NCBI GenBank assembly: GCA_047602905.1
Contig: JBLKOP010000002.1
Coordinates: 79,381 to 143,380 of the forward strand
Origin: Candidatus Woesearchaeota archaeon
Lineage (GTDB): Archaea; Nanobdellota; Nanobdellia; Woesearchaeales; SKIA01
Direction of reading: 5' to 3'
DNA length: 64,000 bases
Shown: positions 37,158 through 47,400 of the stretch, piece after piece
How positions within the stretch are numbered: the first letter of the stretch is position 1
Layout: the number at the start of each line of letters is the position of its first letter
Notes under the pieces: model-generated
What the model saw: only the letters and a program-made list of their open reading frames with translations
Told to the model about the DNA's origin: nothing
Databases searched by the model: none
Program-made: the position numbers and the translations under genes

Positions 37158-37467
37158 CTATGCGCTGAGCTTCTTTTTTGAAATCTGAGAACATGAGTTT
37201 AATTTCGTCAATAGTTTCTTGCTGATATTTTTTATTGCTTGCATTGACAAGAAAAATGATTTTCAAATCTTTATAGACAAGAAAATACACTCGCTTATCT
37301 CCAATCTTTTTTTCTCTAAAGAACTCATAAGATAATGGTTGACCAATAATCTTTCCTTGCTTTAATTCTTCGATAAAACTATTTAGTTCTTCTTGCTGTT
37401 TTTTTGTTAAGAGCTTACTAATTATTTTAGAAAACTTGTCAATTTTAAACACTCGATATTGATTCAC
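37144..37467 (-). CDS. RelE/ParE-family type II toxin-like protein
   Basis: YRVFKIDKFSKIISKL...GQPLSYEFFREKKIGDKRVYFLVYKDLKIIFLVNASNKK follows the RelE/ParE pattern (Y.i.f...f.K.l.kL...G.pL...l.e.r.g.yRiiY.v...iivl.ighRk). Confidence 0.5.
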   Translation of the reverse strand: MNQYRVFKIDKFSKIISKLLTKKQQEELNSFIEELKQGKIIGQPLSYEFFREKKIGDKRVYFLVYKDLKIIFLVNASNKKYQQETIDEIKLMFSDFKKEAQRIASTL

Positions 37468-37563
37468 AAACCAGTTTATTAATTTCTTTCTTTATAACTA
37501 CACCGAAGAAAACTACTTTGGAAACATAAGAACCATTAAATACGTCTTTTTCCTTATAGGTGT

Positions 37564-37971
37564 ATGGCCACGGTGTTTGATAAAATTCTTGATAAAGAAA
37601 TCCCTAACTATACTGTGTATGAGAACGATTATGCTTTAGCTTTTCTTGATATAAACCCTTCTGTTACAGGACATACCTTAGTTATTCCTAAAGAGCGCGT
37701 AGCGAGTATTGCTGATTTAAGTCCTGAAGCTGCTGCTGGTTTTATTCATGCAGTACAAGAAGTAAATAAGCTACTTAAAAACAAACTTTCTTGTGATGGA
37801 GTTAATCATTTACTTGCTGACGGAGTAAGTGCTGGTCAAGAAGTTATGCACGTGCATATGCATCTTCTTCCTCGCTACAAACAGGACGGAAAACACTTTC
37901 ATCCTGTAGGAAAACAAGTGAGTTTATCTTCTCAGGAGTTTATTGATTTACAAGAGCAACTGCGTTCTTAG
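37564..37971 (+). CDS. HIT-family (histidine triad) nucleotide hydrolase
   Basis: HVHMHLLPR histidine triad and an upstream nucleotide-binding region. Confidence 0.8.
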   Translation: MATVFDKILDKEIPNYTVYENDYALAFLDINPSVTGHTLVIPKERVASIADLSPEAAAGFIHAVQEVNKLLKNKLSCDGVNHLLADGVSAGQEVMHVHMHLLPRYKQDGKHFHPVGKQVSLSSQEFIDLQEQLRS

Positions 37972-38339
37972 TTGTGATCAAGTTTTTTTAGTTCGCGAAC
38001 GCGATCAGCTATGCGCAAGAATTCTGCTAATTCCATCTTCTCTCGAATAGGTAGGTTCAGGCTCATTCCTTCTCCTAGCTCTAACAAAATACTGTTTTTT
38101 TCAGAAACGCTCTCTTCCACTTTTGGCTCTACTGGAGCTGCAGGAGTTGGTTGCTGAACCGGTGCTTGTTGTTGTTCAGTTCTTGGCGGCTGCCATCCTT
38201 GGGGTGGTTGTTGGGGTTGTCCTTGCCAAGCTTGTTGCTGCGTAGGGGGTTGTTGTGCTCCTCCTGCTTGCATCTTTGCTTTTAACTCCTCGATTTTTGA
38301 GCGTGTATCATCGTTCTTGTTTGATCCGAATAATCCCAT
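37968..38339 (-). CDS. Small protein with a Gln/Pro-rich low-complexity core
   Basis: MGLFGSNKND... then QQPPTQQQAWQGQPQQPPQGWQPP..., and a helical C-terminus ELAEFLRIADRVRELKKL. Confidence 0.45.
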   Translation of the reverse strand: MGLFGSNKNDDTRSKIEELKAKMQAGGAQQPPTQQQAWQGQPQQPPQGWQPPRTEQQQAPVQQPTPAAPVEPKVEESVSEKNSILLELGEGMSLNLPIREKMELAEFLRIADRVRELKKLDHN

Positions 38340-38435
38340 AGTAACTTGTTTTCTCCTCTTTTCCTGACGCGGAATATAGGAGTGAATGCTGCCTTGACGT
38401 TTAAAAGGGTTTATTACTCTTGTTTAATGAAAACA

Positions 38436-38765
38436 TCAGATGTTTTCTAATATGTGTATTATCTTAATAATATTCTCTTGGTGTATTTGAGTCATCTTAT
38501 TGTTCCATTCGTCGCTGAGTTGCTGATTTTTGTTGTTGTTATTAACTGCTTGTCGTATAGTTTTACATACCCGTAGCAAGTCTTCGTAACCATCTACTCC
38601 AAGTGTTTTCGATTCTTCTATTAAATTGATTATATTTGTTATTTCATTTGTTATAGCAAGAAATTCTTGATCAGAAAAGTTCTCTATAATATTTTTTTTA
38701 TGTTGTATAATGCTTTGACGTAAATCTTTTTGTATGGCTGCGATGTGTTGTTGGTATCCTTTCAT
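38436..38765 (-). CDS. Hypothetical helical protein, 109 aa
   Basis: ORF only. Confidence 0.4.
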   Translation of the reverse strand: MKGYQQHIAAIQKDLRQSIIQHKKNIIENFSDQEFLAITNEITNIINLIEESKTLGVDGYEDLLRVCKTIRQAVNNNNKNQQLSDEWNNKMTQIHQENIIKIIHILENI

Positions 38766-38827
38766 GATATAATAATTTGTTTTATGTATAAAAAAGTAAA
38801 GAAAAAAAATATTTTTTTTTGTTCAGC

Positions 38828-40045
38828 TTATGCTGGTACTACAAACACTGGAGGTCTGTTTACTGCTTGTACAGTAATTAGTACTTCTTTAGTGGTTGTT
38901 AATACTCTGTCACTTGCTTCTATTTCAACGACGTACTCGCCTGCTTCGCCGAAATCAACGTATCGTGTGCTTGTATTCATCCATCCACTGTACCGAACTA
39001 CTACTTCGTCTCCGTCTGGGTCACTTATCGTTACCCAGTTCTTGAGATCAAAGTGCTCTCCTTCGTTAATGACGATTTCGTCTTCAACGATGATGACTGG
39101 TGGTCGGTTGCGTATAGCTAGCTCGACGGTGACTTCTTGGCTTACTTCATCAATTCCGTCACTTGCGGTGACTGTGATGACGTATTCTCCTGCGTCTCCT
39201 ACTCTGCTCTGCCAGATTCCGTCAGTACCTACTGGTTCTGTGTACGTAATCGTTACTTCGCTTCCGTCTGGGTCTGTTGCGTTTGCTCGTAGATTAATTC
39301 TGTCTCCTTCCACTGCTTGTATACTTGTTTGTGCAAGTTCTAGCACTGGTGGTCGGTTAACGTTTTCTACAATGACTGTTACGTCTTTGAACACTTCGTT
39401 TCCTGCTGTGTCTTCAGCAATGATGCGTACGTTGTATTCTCCTGCGTCATCATAGGTTGTTCTGTACGTTGCGCTACTCATCCATCCGCTGTAGCTGACG
39501 ATGATGTCATCTCCTTCTGGGTCTGTGATGTTGTAGATGTTTAAGTCAACTACTTCTCCTTCTCGTACCTCAATAACTTCTGGTCCTCGGATGCTTGGAG
39601 GAAGGTTTAGTGCGTCTACTACTACAAGTATTGTTATGCTTGTGTTCTCGATTCCGTCACTTGCTATTATGCGTACGTCATATTCTCCTGCGTCTCCAAT
39701 ATCTGTTTGCCAGGTTCCTTCTGTACTAAATGGTTCTCCAAAGTATAGTGTTACTTCGTCTCCGTCTGGATCAACTGCTCGAGTGTTTAGTTGTATGAAG
39801 TCTCCTTCTACTCCTCGTACGGTTGCTGCGTATTCGTTGTTCTCAACTGGTTCTACAATCTCCTCTCCATTTACTGGTGTTTCTGGGCTGTAGTCTGTTT
39901 CGTTGAACGTAGCTGTCTCGTTCTCGCCTACAGGTACAGTCGGGGTACATGCTGCGAGTACGAAGAGGATAGCTAGTCCAAACAGTATTGCTTGTTTGTT
40001 CATTGGTAGTTCCCCATAAGAGTTTCCACTTGTGAATAGATACAA
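38828..40045 (-). CDS. Secreted or lipid-anchored surface protein with four ~95-aa Ig-like tandem repeats (DPDGD motif)
   Basis: Signal peptide plus a lipobox-like LAAC. Repeats end ...DPDGDEV..YSGW / TDPEGDDIIVSYSGW / ATDPDGSEVTITYTEP / SDPDGDEVVVRYSGW, reminiscent of cadherin/PKD-like adhesin repeats. Confidence 0.6.
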   Translation of the reverse strand: MYLFTSGNSYGELPMNKQAILFGLAILFVLAACTPTVPVGENETATFNETDYSPETPVNGEEIVEPVENNEYAATVRGVEGDFIQLNTRAVDPDGDEVTLYFGEPFSTEGTWQTDIGDAGEYDVRIIASDGIENTSITILVVVDALNLPPSIRGPEVIEVREGEVVDLNIYNITDPEGDDIIVSYSGWMSSATYRTTYDDAGEYNVRIIAEDTAGNEVFKDVTVIVENVNRPPVLELAQTSIQAVEGDRINLRANATDPDGSEVTITYTEPVGTDGIWQSRVGDAGEYVITVTASDGIDEVSQEVTVELAIRNRPPVIIVEDEIVINEGEHFDLKNWVTISDPDGDEVVVRYSGWMNTSTRYVDFGEAGEYVVEIEASDRVLTTTKEVLITVQAVNRPPVFVVPA

Positions 40046-40069
40046 GTTGCTTGTATTTAAATGTTCTTC

Positions 40070-41188
40070 TCAGAACGCGTCTTTTATGCGCTCAAAGAAG
40101 CTTTTCTGTGGTGTGGTACTTTCTCCGCGTAGATTAGTGTAGTTTTTAAGCGCTTCTTTTTGCTCTTTACTAAGTTTCTTAGGTGTTTCTAAAATTACTT
40201 TTACGTGCAGGTCTCCTTTTCCTCCTCGTATAGTGGGCATTCCGTATCCTCGTAGACGAAAGGTTGTGTGGCTTTGTGTTCCTGCAGGTATTTCTAGTGT
40301 TGCGCTTCCTTGCAAGGTAGGTATTTTTACGTCGTCTCCGAGTGCTGCTTGTGAGAAGCTAATGGGTACTTGTGCGTGTAAGGTACTTGCTTCTCGTGTG
40401 AAGAACTCGTGTTGTTTTATGCGCACAACGATGTATAAGTCTCCTGGTGGTGTTCCTGCTTCTCCTGCTTCTCCTTCTCCTGCTACACGAATGGTTTGTC
40501 CGTTCTCTACTCCTGCTGGGATGTCTATAGTAAGCGTTTTTTTCTTCTTTACGCGTCCTTCTCCTTGACAAGCACTACACGTCTCTTTTGGTATACTTCC
40601 TCTTCCTTTACAGCTTGGACACGTCGTTTGTGTTCTAAACGCTCCAAATGGTGTTTGTTGTTGCTGTATTACTTGTCCTTGCCCGTTACAGGTACTGCAA
40701 GTACGTACTTCTTGGTTTTTTGCTCCTGTCCCTTTACAGGTACTGCACGCGTCGTACTTGTTTACCTCTATTGTTCTTTCTGTGCCTGTATATGCTTCTT
40801 TTAGCGTAATCGTTGCTTGTGTTTGTAAATCTGCTCCTCGTCTAGATTGCTGTCTTCCTCCTCTAAAGCCTCCTCCAAAGAACTCGCTAAAAATGTCTTC
40901 AAAACCTCCAAATCCACTGGTATCAAAGCCGCTAAACCCTCCTTGTCCTCCTCCTGTTTTCTTGTTTTGCGTGTACGCTTCATGACCAAACTGGTCGTAC
41001 TGCGCTCGTGATTGCTCGTTACTAAGTATTTTATAGGCCTCGTTTACTTTTTTGAATTGCTCCTCTGCTTCTGGATTGTCTTTGTTAAGGTCTGGGTGGT
41101 ATTTTTTTGCTTTTTTCTTATACGCTTTTTTTATTTCTTCCTGACTAGCGTTTTTGGTAATTCCTAATGTTTGGTAATGGTCACTCAT
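40070..41188 (-). CDS. dnaJ: Chaperone DnaJ (Hsp40)
   Basis: J domain with HPD, a G/F region, and four CxxCxGxG zinc-finger repeats. Confidence 0.9.
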   Translation of the reverse strand: MSDHYQTLGITKNASQEEIKKAYKKKAKKYHPDLNKDNPEAEEQFKKVNEAYKILSNEQSRAQYDQFGHEAYTQNKKTGGGQGGFSGFDTSGFGGFEDIFSEFFGGGFRGGRQQSRRGADLQTQATITLKEAYTGTERTIEVNKYDACSTCKGTGAKNQEVRTCSTCNGQGQVIQQQQTPFGAFRTQTTCPSCKGRGSIPKETCSACQGEGRVKKKKTLTIDIPAGVENGQTIRVAGEGEAGEAGTPPGDLYIVVRIKQHEFFTREASTLHAQVPISFSQAALGDDVKIPTLQGSATLEIPAGTQSHTTFRLRGYGMPTIRGGKGDLHVKVILETPKKLSKEQKEALKNYTNLRGESTTPQKSFFERIKDAF

Positions 41189-41261
41189 GGTAGCTTGCTA
41201 TTCTGTGTTGTTTTATAACTCTTCGTAAGAAGAATAGAAAAAAATATTTTGTTTGTAGAGA

Positions 41262-43100
41262 CTATTTTTTCTTTTCCTCCTCTACGTTTTCATCTTTTAC
41301 TTTTGCGTCAACAACTTCTTCTTCGTCTTTCTTGTTTTCTTGTTCTGCTGCTTGTGCTTGTTGTTGCTTAGCGACTTCTTCATAGAGTTTCTGAGAGACT
41401 GCTGCGAATTGTTCTTGCAGTTCTTCTTTCTTCTTCTTTATTGCTTCTACGTCTTTCTCATCAGCCTTGAGTAGTTCTTTGAGTTCATCAGCAAGTTTCT
41501 GAATTCCTTCTAGTTCTTTCTTGTCTGCTTTCTCCTCTAAGTCTTTTATTGTCTTTTCTGTTTGGTAGACGAGGCTGTCCGCTTCGTTAACTACTTCTAT
41601 TTCTTCTAGGCGTTCTTTGTCTTTCTCAGCGTTTTTCTCTGCTTCTTCTTGCATCTTCTTAATTTCTTCATCAGATAGGTTTGTGCTGCTAGTTATTTTG
41701 ATGCTTTGCTCTTTTCCTGTTCCTAAATCCTTTGCTGCTACGTTTACTATTCCGTTTGCGTCGATATCAAAGGTTACTTCTATCTGTGGTATTCCTCTTG
41801 CTGCTGGAGGTATTCCTAGTAAGTCAAAGTGCCCTAGTGTTTGGTTGTCTGCAGCCATTGCTCGCTCTCCTTGCAGTACGTGTATGCTTACTGCTGTTTG
41901 GTTGTCACTTGCTGTGCTAAAGACCTTGCTTTCTTTTGTTGGTATTGTCGTGTTTTTTTCTATGAGTTTCGTGAACACTCCTCCAAGGGTTTCAATACCT
42001 AGACTTAGTGGTGTTACGTCTAGCAAGAGTACGTCTTTTACGTCTCCTCCAAGAATTCCTGCTTGTATTGCTGCTCCCATAGCGATTGCTTCATCCGGAT
42101 TTACGCTTTTGTCTCCGTCTTTTCCTGTGAGGTCTTTGACGAGTTTCTGTACTGCTGGTATTCTGCTGCTTCCTCCTACGAAGATGATCTTGTCAGGTGT
42201 TACTTTTGCGTCTTTGATTGCTTGCTGAGTGGGTTTTTTTAGTCGCTCAAGGATGTCGTCGATGAGTTTTTCAAACTCACTTCTGCTTATCTCTGCTGTT
42301 AGGTGTTTTGGTCCACTCTCTGTTGCTGTTATAAACGGCAGGTTAATGCTTGCTGTTTGTTTGCTTGAGAGCTCTATCTTTGCTTTCTCTGCTGCTTCTT
42401 TGAGTCGTTGCAGTGCTTGTTTGTCTTCTCGCAAGTCTACTTTGTGTTCTTTTTTGAACTCTTCTGCTAGGTGGTTGAGGAGTATTTCGTCTACGTCATC
42501 TCCTCCTAGGTGGTTGTCTCCGCTGGTTGCTTTTACTTCAAAGACTCCGTCTCCGAGTTCTAGTATGCTTACATCAAAGGTTCCTCCTCCAAAGTCAAAG
42601 ACTAAGATGGTGTTTTCATCTTCTTTGTCCAGTCCGTACGCGAGTGCTGCTGCTGTTGGTTCGTTTATGATTCGTAGTACTTCTAGGCCAGCAATTTTTC
42701 CTGCGTCTTTAGTTGCTTGTCTTTGTGCGTCGGTAAAGTATGCTGGTACGGTGATGACTGCTTGTTTGACTTCTCCTCCTAGGTAGTCTTCTGCGTCTTT
42801 TTTGAGTTTTCCAAGTATTATCGCACTGATTTCTTGTGGCGTGTATTCTTTGTCGTGAATACTTACTTTGTAGTCTTCTCCCATGTGTCGTTTGATGCTG
42901 CGTACGGTTTGGTCTGGGTTGAGTACTGCTTGGTTTCTTGCTGCGTCTCCTACTATTCGTTCACCGTCTTTTTTTACTGCTACGACGCTTGGCGTTGTTC
43001 TCTTTCCTTCTGCGTTGCTAATAATGGTTGGTTTTCCTCCTTCCATTGCTGCTACTGCGCTAAATGTTGTTCCTAAGTCTATTCCTATTATCTTACTCAT
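41262..43100 (-). CDS. dnaK: Chaperone DnaK (Hsp70)
   Basis: [21 protein letters not shown], full Hsp70 length, and a Lys/Glu-rich C-terminus. Confidence 0.95.
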   Translation of the reverse strand: MSKIIGIDLGTTFSAVAAMEGGKPTIISNAEGKRTTPSVVAVKKDGERIVGDAARNQAVLNPDQTVRSIKRHMGEDYKVSIHDKEYTPQEISAIILGKLKKDAEDYLGGEVKQAVITVPAYFTDAQRQATKDAGKIAGLEVLRIINEPTAAALAYGLDKEDENTILVFDFGGGTFDVSILELGDGVFEVKATSGDNHLGGDDVDEILLNHLAEEFKKEHKVDLREDKQALQRLKEAAEKAKIELSSKQTASINLPFITATESGPKHLTAEISRSEFEKLIDDILERLKKPTQQAIKDAKVTPDKIIFVGGSSRIPAVQKLVKDLTGKDGDKSVNPDEAIAMGAAIQAGILGGDVKDVLLLDVTPLSLGIETLGGVFTKLIEKNTTIPTKESKVFSTASDNQTAVSIHVLQGERAMAADNQTLGHFDLLGIPPAARGIPQIEVTFDIDANGIVNVAAKDLGTGKEQSIKITSSTNLSDEEIKKMQEEAEKNAEKDKERLEEIEVVNEADSLVYQTEKTIKDLEEKADKKELEGIQKLADELKELLKADEKDVEAIKKKKEELQEQFAAVSQKLYEEVAKQQQAQAAEQENKKDEEEVVDAKVKDENVEEEKKK

Positions 43101-43566
43101 GTTCTTTTTTCTCCTGTGGTCCTTTGCTGACCTTTACTTTTGTTGTTCGCAGGACTTTTCCTGCGAGTTCATATCCTGGTTGTAGGATTTGTAGTATTGT
43201 TCCTTCTTTTTGCTTGCTGTGTTCGCTCAGTAGTGCTTCGTGTTTGTGTGCATCAAAGCCTTCTTCTGTGCTTATTCGTTGTACTCCGTGTGATTCTAGT
43301 ACTGTGATGAGTTGGCCTAGTACGAGTTCTACTCCTTGGTATAGGCTGTCTTCTTTGTTCTTTGCTTGGTTGATTGCAAGTTCTAGGTTGTCGATTACTG
43401 CGAGTATTTCTGTGATGAGTTGTTTGTTTGCTAATTTTTTGTTTTCTTCTGCTTGTATTTCTGTTCTTCGTCGATAGTTTGCGTAGTCCGCACTTATGCG
43501 TGCGAGCTGTTCTTCTAGCTCTTGCACGCGTTCTTGTGCGGTTTCTAATTCTTGTTTTTTGCTCAT
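43093..43566 (-). CDS. grpE: Nucleotide exchange factor GrpE
   Basis: Coiled-coil N-terminus and the GrpE C-terminal beta domain. Start at [11 protein letters not shown]. The upstream basic extension in the ORF track is not coding. Confidence 0.85.
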   Translation of the reverse strand: MSKKQELETAQERVQELEEQLARISADYANYRRRTEIQAEENKKLANKQLITEILAVIDNLELAINQAKNKEDSLYQGVELVLGQLITVLESHGVQRISTEEGFDAHKHEALLSEHSKQKEGTILQILQPGYELAGKVLRTTKVKVSKGPQEKKEHE

Positions 43567-43693
43567 GCTTGTGCGTACCCTTGCATGAATCCTTCTTCCC
43601 AGTCTTCTATTTGGTCGTGGTCCATGAGGGTTTCTGTGTCTTTGTAGATGTTTTCGATGTAGTCTATTTCTTTCTCGTATGTGTATTCTGTGT

Positions 43694-43945
43694 TCATTGC
43701 TCATTCCTCCATGGCATCACCATTCGTAGTTTGTTGTCTTGGTAGGTGATGATTGTGAGTTCTGTGTTGATTGCTCGTGGTAGGGGTATTTTTTGTTGTG
43801 CTTGGTGTTTTCCTGCTTGTAGGGTGAGTGTTATTTCGTGTTCTTGCACGTCTGCTTGTATTGTTTGTATTTCTGGTAGTGTTGCTTGTGCGAGTAGTGC
43901 TTTTGGTGTTTGTATGAGGTGTATTTGGTTTTCCATACGAATCAA
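43694..43945 (-). CDS. Small Hsp20/alpha-crystallin-like protein (possibly truncated) heading the heat-shock operon
   Basis: ...EHEITLTLQAGKHQAQQKIPLPRAINTELTIITYQDNKLRMVMP resembles the sHsp C-terminal block (R.i.LP..vd...i.A.y.nGvL.i..PK). Confidence 0.35.
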   Translation of the reverse strand: MIRMENQIHLIQTPKALLAQATLPEIQTIQADVQEHEITLTLQAGKHQAQQKIPLPRAINTELTIITYQDNKLRMVMPWRNEQ

Positions 43946-43950
43946 TTCCT

Positions 43951-43967
43951 GTTGACTTTACGTCAAC
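43951..43967. promoter_or_regulatory. Perfect inverted repeat GTTGAC-N5-GTCAAC between the heat-shock operon and a divergent wHTH regulator gene (candidate operator)
   Basis: Palindrome read directly. It is flanked by two direct copies of CATTTAAATACT (43989-44000 and 44010-44021) that contain TATA-like TTTAAATA boxes. Confidence 0.35.
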
Positions 43968-44041
43968 GAATAAGTGTAATGTGGCAATCATTTAAATACT
44001 TGTTGGTAACATTTAAATACTCTGTTTATTTTAATTCAACC

Positions 44042-44434
44042 ATGCCCTTTGATCGCATCACCCTCATAAACGTACAACCACCAAGAAACGCAGACATAAA
44101 CCAAGAACTGCAATGGCTAGGAGCAACACTAGGACTCTTTGGACAACGAGACAAAGACTCAAGCTGCTTTAGAGTATTCATAACCATAATTAACTCATCC
44201 TCACAACCACTCACATCAGACGAAATAGCACAGAGATGCGGACTAACAAGAGGAACAGTAGTACATCACCTAAACAAACTACGAGACGCAGGACTCGTAG
44301 CACCAGCAACACAAGGATACAGCCTAGCAGCAACAAGCATACAAGAAAGCCTACAAGCAATGGAAGAAGAAATCCAACAAACACTAGCACTAATGAGAGC
44401 AGTAGCCAAAGACATAGACAAAAAACTCCAATAA
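44042..44434 (+). CDS. Winged-HTH (ArsR-like) transcriptional regulator, divergent from grpE-dnaK-dnaJ
   Basis: LTSDEIAQRCGLTRGTVVHHLNKLRDAGLV is an HTH recognition helix plus wing. Start at MPFDRITL. Confidence 0.55.
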   Translation: MPFDRITLINVQPPRNADINQELQWLGATLGLFGQRDKDSSCFRVFITIINSSSQPLTSDEIAQRCGLTRGTVVHHLNKLRDAGLVAPATQGYSLAATSIQESLQAMEEEIQQTLALMRAVAKDIDKKLQ

Positions 44435-44465
44435 CATTAAAAACCACGCACAACCAACAAATACA

Positions 44466-47400
44466 ATGAGAGCTTGGGCGGCAATAATACTTCTTTTCTT
44501 ACTTATCCCACTAGCAACAGCAAACATACCCCAAGAACTCAAAGACCTGCCCTTCGCAGAAGAAATAGCAAAAATAGCGCTACCAGAACAAGCAAGAGCA
44601 CAACCAATGATGATGCGCTCAATGAGCTTTGAAGAACCAGAACCAGTAATTGTTCAGTTTCATAAACCAGAAGATATTGAAGCGATTCAAAGTCTTGTTC
44701 AATCGCTAAATACTGAAGAATATGAGAGTCTTTCAAAAACGATACGTGAATTCGCAAAGTATAATACAGATGTAAAGCATGATTATGCTATTATTGACGG
44801 TTTTTCAGTATCACTAACAACTCAACAACGTTTGGAGCTTGAACAAAACCCGCTCATAAAAAGTATACATTCTTCACGGGAGGTTCGTGTTTTTATGCAA
44901 GATACGCTACCACTTATACAAGCAGATGAAGTTCATAAAATTAGTATAGATGAAACTTTTGTACAAGGAAAGGGACAAACTATTTGTGTTCTTGATACAG
45001 GAATTGATTATACGCATCCAGACTTTGGAGCTTGTAGTCAAGAAGAGTTTCTTGCAGGGGAGTGTAAGAAAGTTCCTGGAGGACATAATATAGTGACCAA
45101 CCATTCTGATGGAATGGATGATCATGGTCACGGAACTCATGTTGCAGGAATAGTGGCTGCAAATGGTTCAATAATTGGAGTTGCTCCTCAAGCAAACTTA
45201 ATTGCCATGAAAGTACTTAATCATTTAGGTTCAGGGTCTGAAGAAGATATTATTGAAGGAATTAATTGGTGCATCTCTAATGCTGAACAATTCAATATAT
45301 CTGTTATAAGTATGAGCTCAGGCGGAGGAAACTATTCAGAAATTTGTGATGTAGTTGATGATCCTTTTAGAAATGCAGTAGCTGCTGCTTGGGATAAAGA
45401 AATAGCTGTTTTTGCTGCTTCAGGAAATTACGCAACAGCAGAGTATATTAGTTTTCCTGCATGCATAAGTAACGTAATTCCAGTTACTTCCTCAACAAAA
45501 AATGATGAGATGAGCAGTTTTAGTAGTAGAAATTCTCTTGTAGATATTATTGCCCCGGGATCAGAAATTAATTCTACTGTAATTGGAGGAAGTTATGATT
45601 CTTATTCAGGAACTTCTATGGCTACTCCTCATGTCGCTGGTGCTTTTGCTCTTCTTAACCAATACAAAGAAATCACAGGAATCTCTGCTTCTTCTCAAGA
45701 CCTTGTTGATGCATTAATTAGTACTGCTGTTCTTATTCATGATTCTGCTAGTGATCGTAACTATTCTCGTATTGATGTGTTCGCTGCGCTTTCTTCTTTT
45801 GACGTTACTGCCCCAACAACAGTAGCAATTTTTCCTGTTGGTTGGCAGAATACTAATGTTACAGTAACGTTTAACGCGTCTGATGATTCTGAGGTTGCGT
45901 ACACTACTGTTCGTGTGAATGAGGAGGCACCAATTAATGCAACTAATATTACGCTTAGTGAAGAGGGTAATCACACTGTTGAGTTCTTCTCTGTTGATGT
46001 GTTTGATAATACAGAAGCTAACCAAACCATCTATGTGCTTATTGATAAGACGCCTCCTATTACTTCTTTTCCTCTTAGTAACGTTACGTGGTATCAGAAC
46101 GTAACAAACATTTCTTTTAATGTCACTGATGCGCTATCAGGAATTAATTATACGAATTATTCACTAAACCAAGAGGCGTTTATTTCTTCGCCAACAATAA
46201 CTATTGAGGAAGAAGGCGTTTATAACCTCTCGTTCTTCTCTGTTGATATCGCTGGTAACATGGAGAACGTAACCAACCAGACTGTTCGTGTAGACGTGAC
46301 TCCTCCAGAACTTAATATTACTACTACTCTTTCTTGGCTGTCTGCTCCTAACTTCACTCTTATCATAAACGCTACTGATGTTCTTTCTGGGATTAATAGA
46401 AATCTTATTAACCAAACTCAACAAACAAATCTTACTATTTCTCAAGAAGGGAACACGACTGTTTTTGTGCAAGTGTTTGATAACGCGAACAATTCTGTTT
46501 CTCAAAACGTCTCTGTTCTTCTTGACACAACAGCTCCTGCTACGAGCGCTAATTACTCCTCTGGTTGGCAAAGCACTAACGTAACTGTTGTTCTCAACGC
46601 TACTGATGCGCTATCAGGAATAAATCACACTACTATTTACGTAAATGAGGAAGCGCCGATTAACGCAACGAACATTACGCTTTCTGAGGAGGGCAATCAT
46701 ACTGTTGAGTTCTTCTCGGTTGATAACGCTGGTAATAAAGAAGCTAACCAAACAATTACTGTGCTTATTGATAAAACTCCTCCTGCACTAAACATAACCA
46801 CAACTGCTTCTTGGTTGTCTGCAGATAATTTTACTCTTGTCGTGAACGCTACTGATGCTCTTTCTGGAGTTAACCGAACACTCATCAACAGCTCAGAAGC
46901 AATGAACTTAACTGTTTTTGAGGAAGGGAATACGACTGTTTTTGTGCAAGTGTTTGATAACGCGAATAATTCTGTTTCTCAAAACGTTTCTGTTCTTCTC
47001 GACCGTACCTCGCCAATCACAGAAGCACTGTATAACGAGGGCTGGAATACTGAAAACGTAACTATTCTTTTTAACGCAACTGATATTCTTTCTGGTGTAA
47101 ATTACACTACTGCTCGTATTAACGAAGAAGCACCGGTTAATGTAACTAACGTTACGTTAAGTGAGGACGGTAATTACACAATAGAGTTCTTCTCGGTTGA
47201 TAATGCTAATAACAAGGAGGATAACCAAACCATTACTGTACTTATTGATCAGACTCCGCCAAACATTTCTTTTTTCACGATTAATGACTCAAGTCCGCAG
47301 ATAAACACTTCAATATCTTTGCAAGCAAACGTTACTGATACGAACTTAGAAAACGTTACGTTAACAATACATAATCAGTTAGTTGCGCTTACAAATACTA

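Noticed and set aside
37968-38339. Q/P-rich protein as an ESCRT-III (MGLFG N-terminus, MIM-like C-terminal helix)
   Set aside because: Only 123 aa, mostly low complexity. Not adjacent to the Vps4-like gene. The similarity is confined to two short termini.
38730-39455. 241-aa ORF antisense to the repeat-domain surface protein gene
   Set aside because: S/T-rich mirror of a repetitive gene, with no start context.
41617-42786. Two 185-203-aa ORFs antisense to dnaK
   Set aside because: Ser/Leu/Cys-rich artefacts. dnaK on the minus strand is unambiguous.
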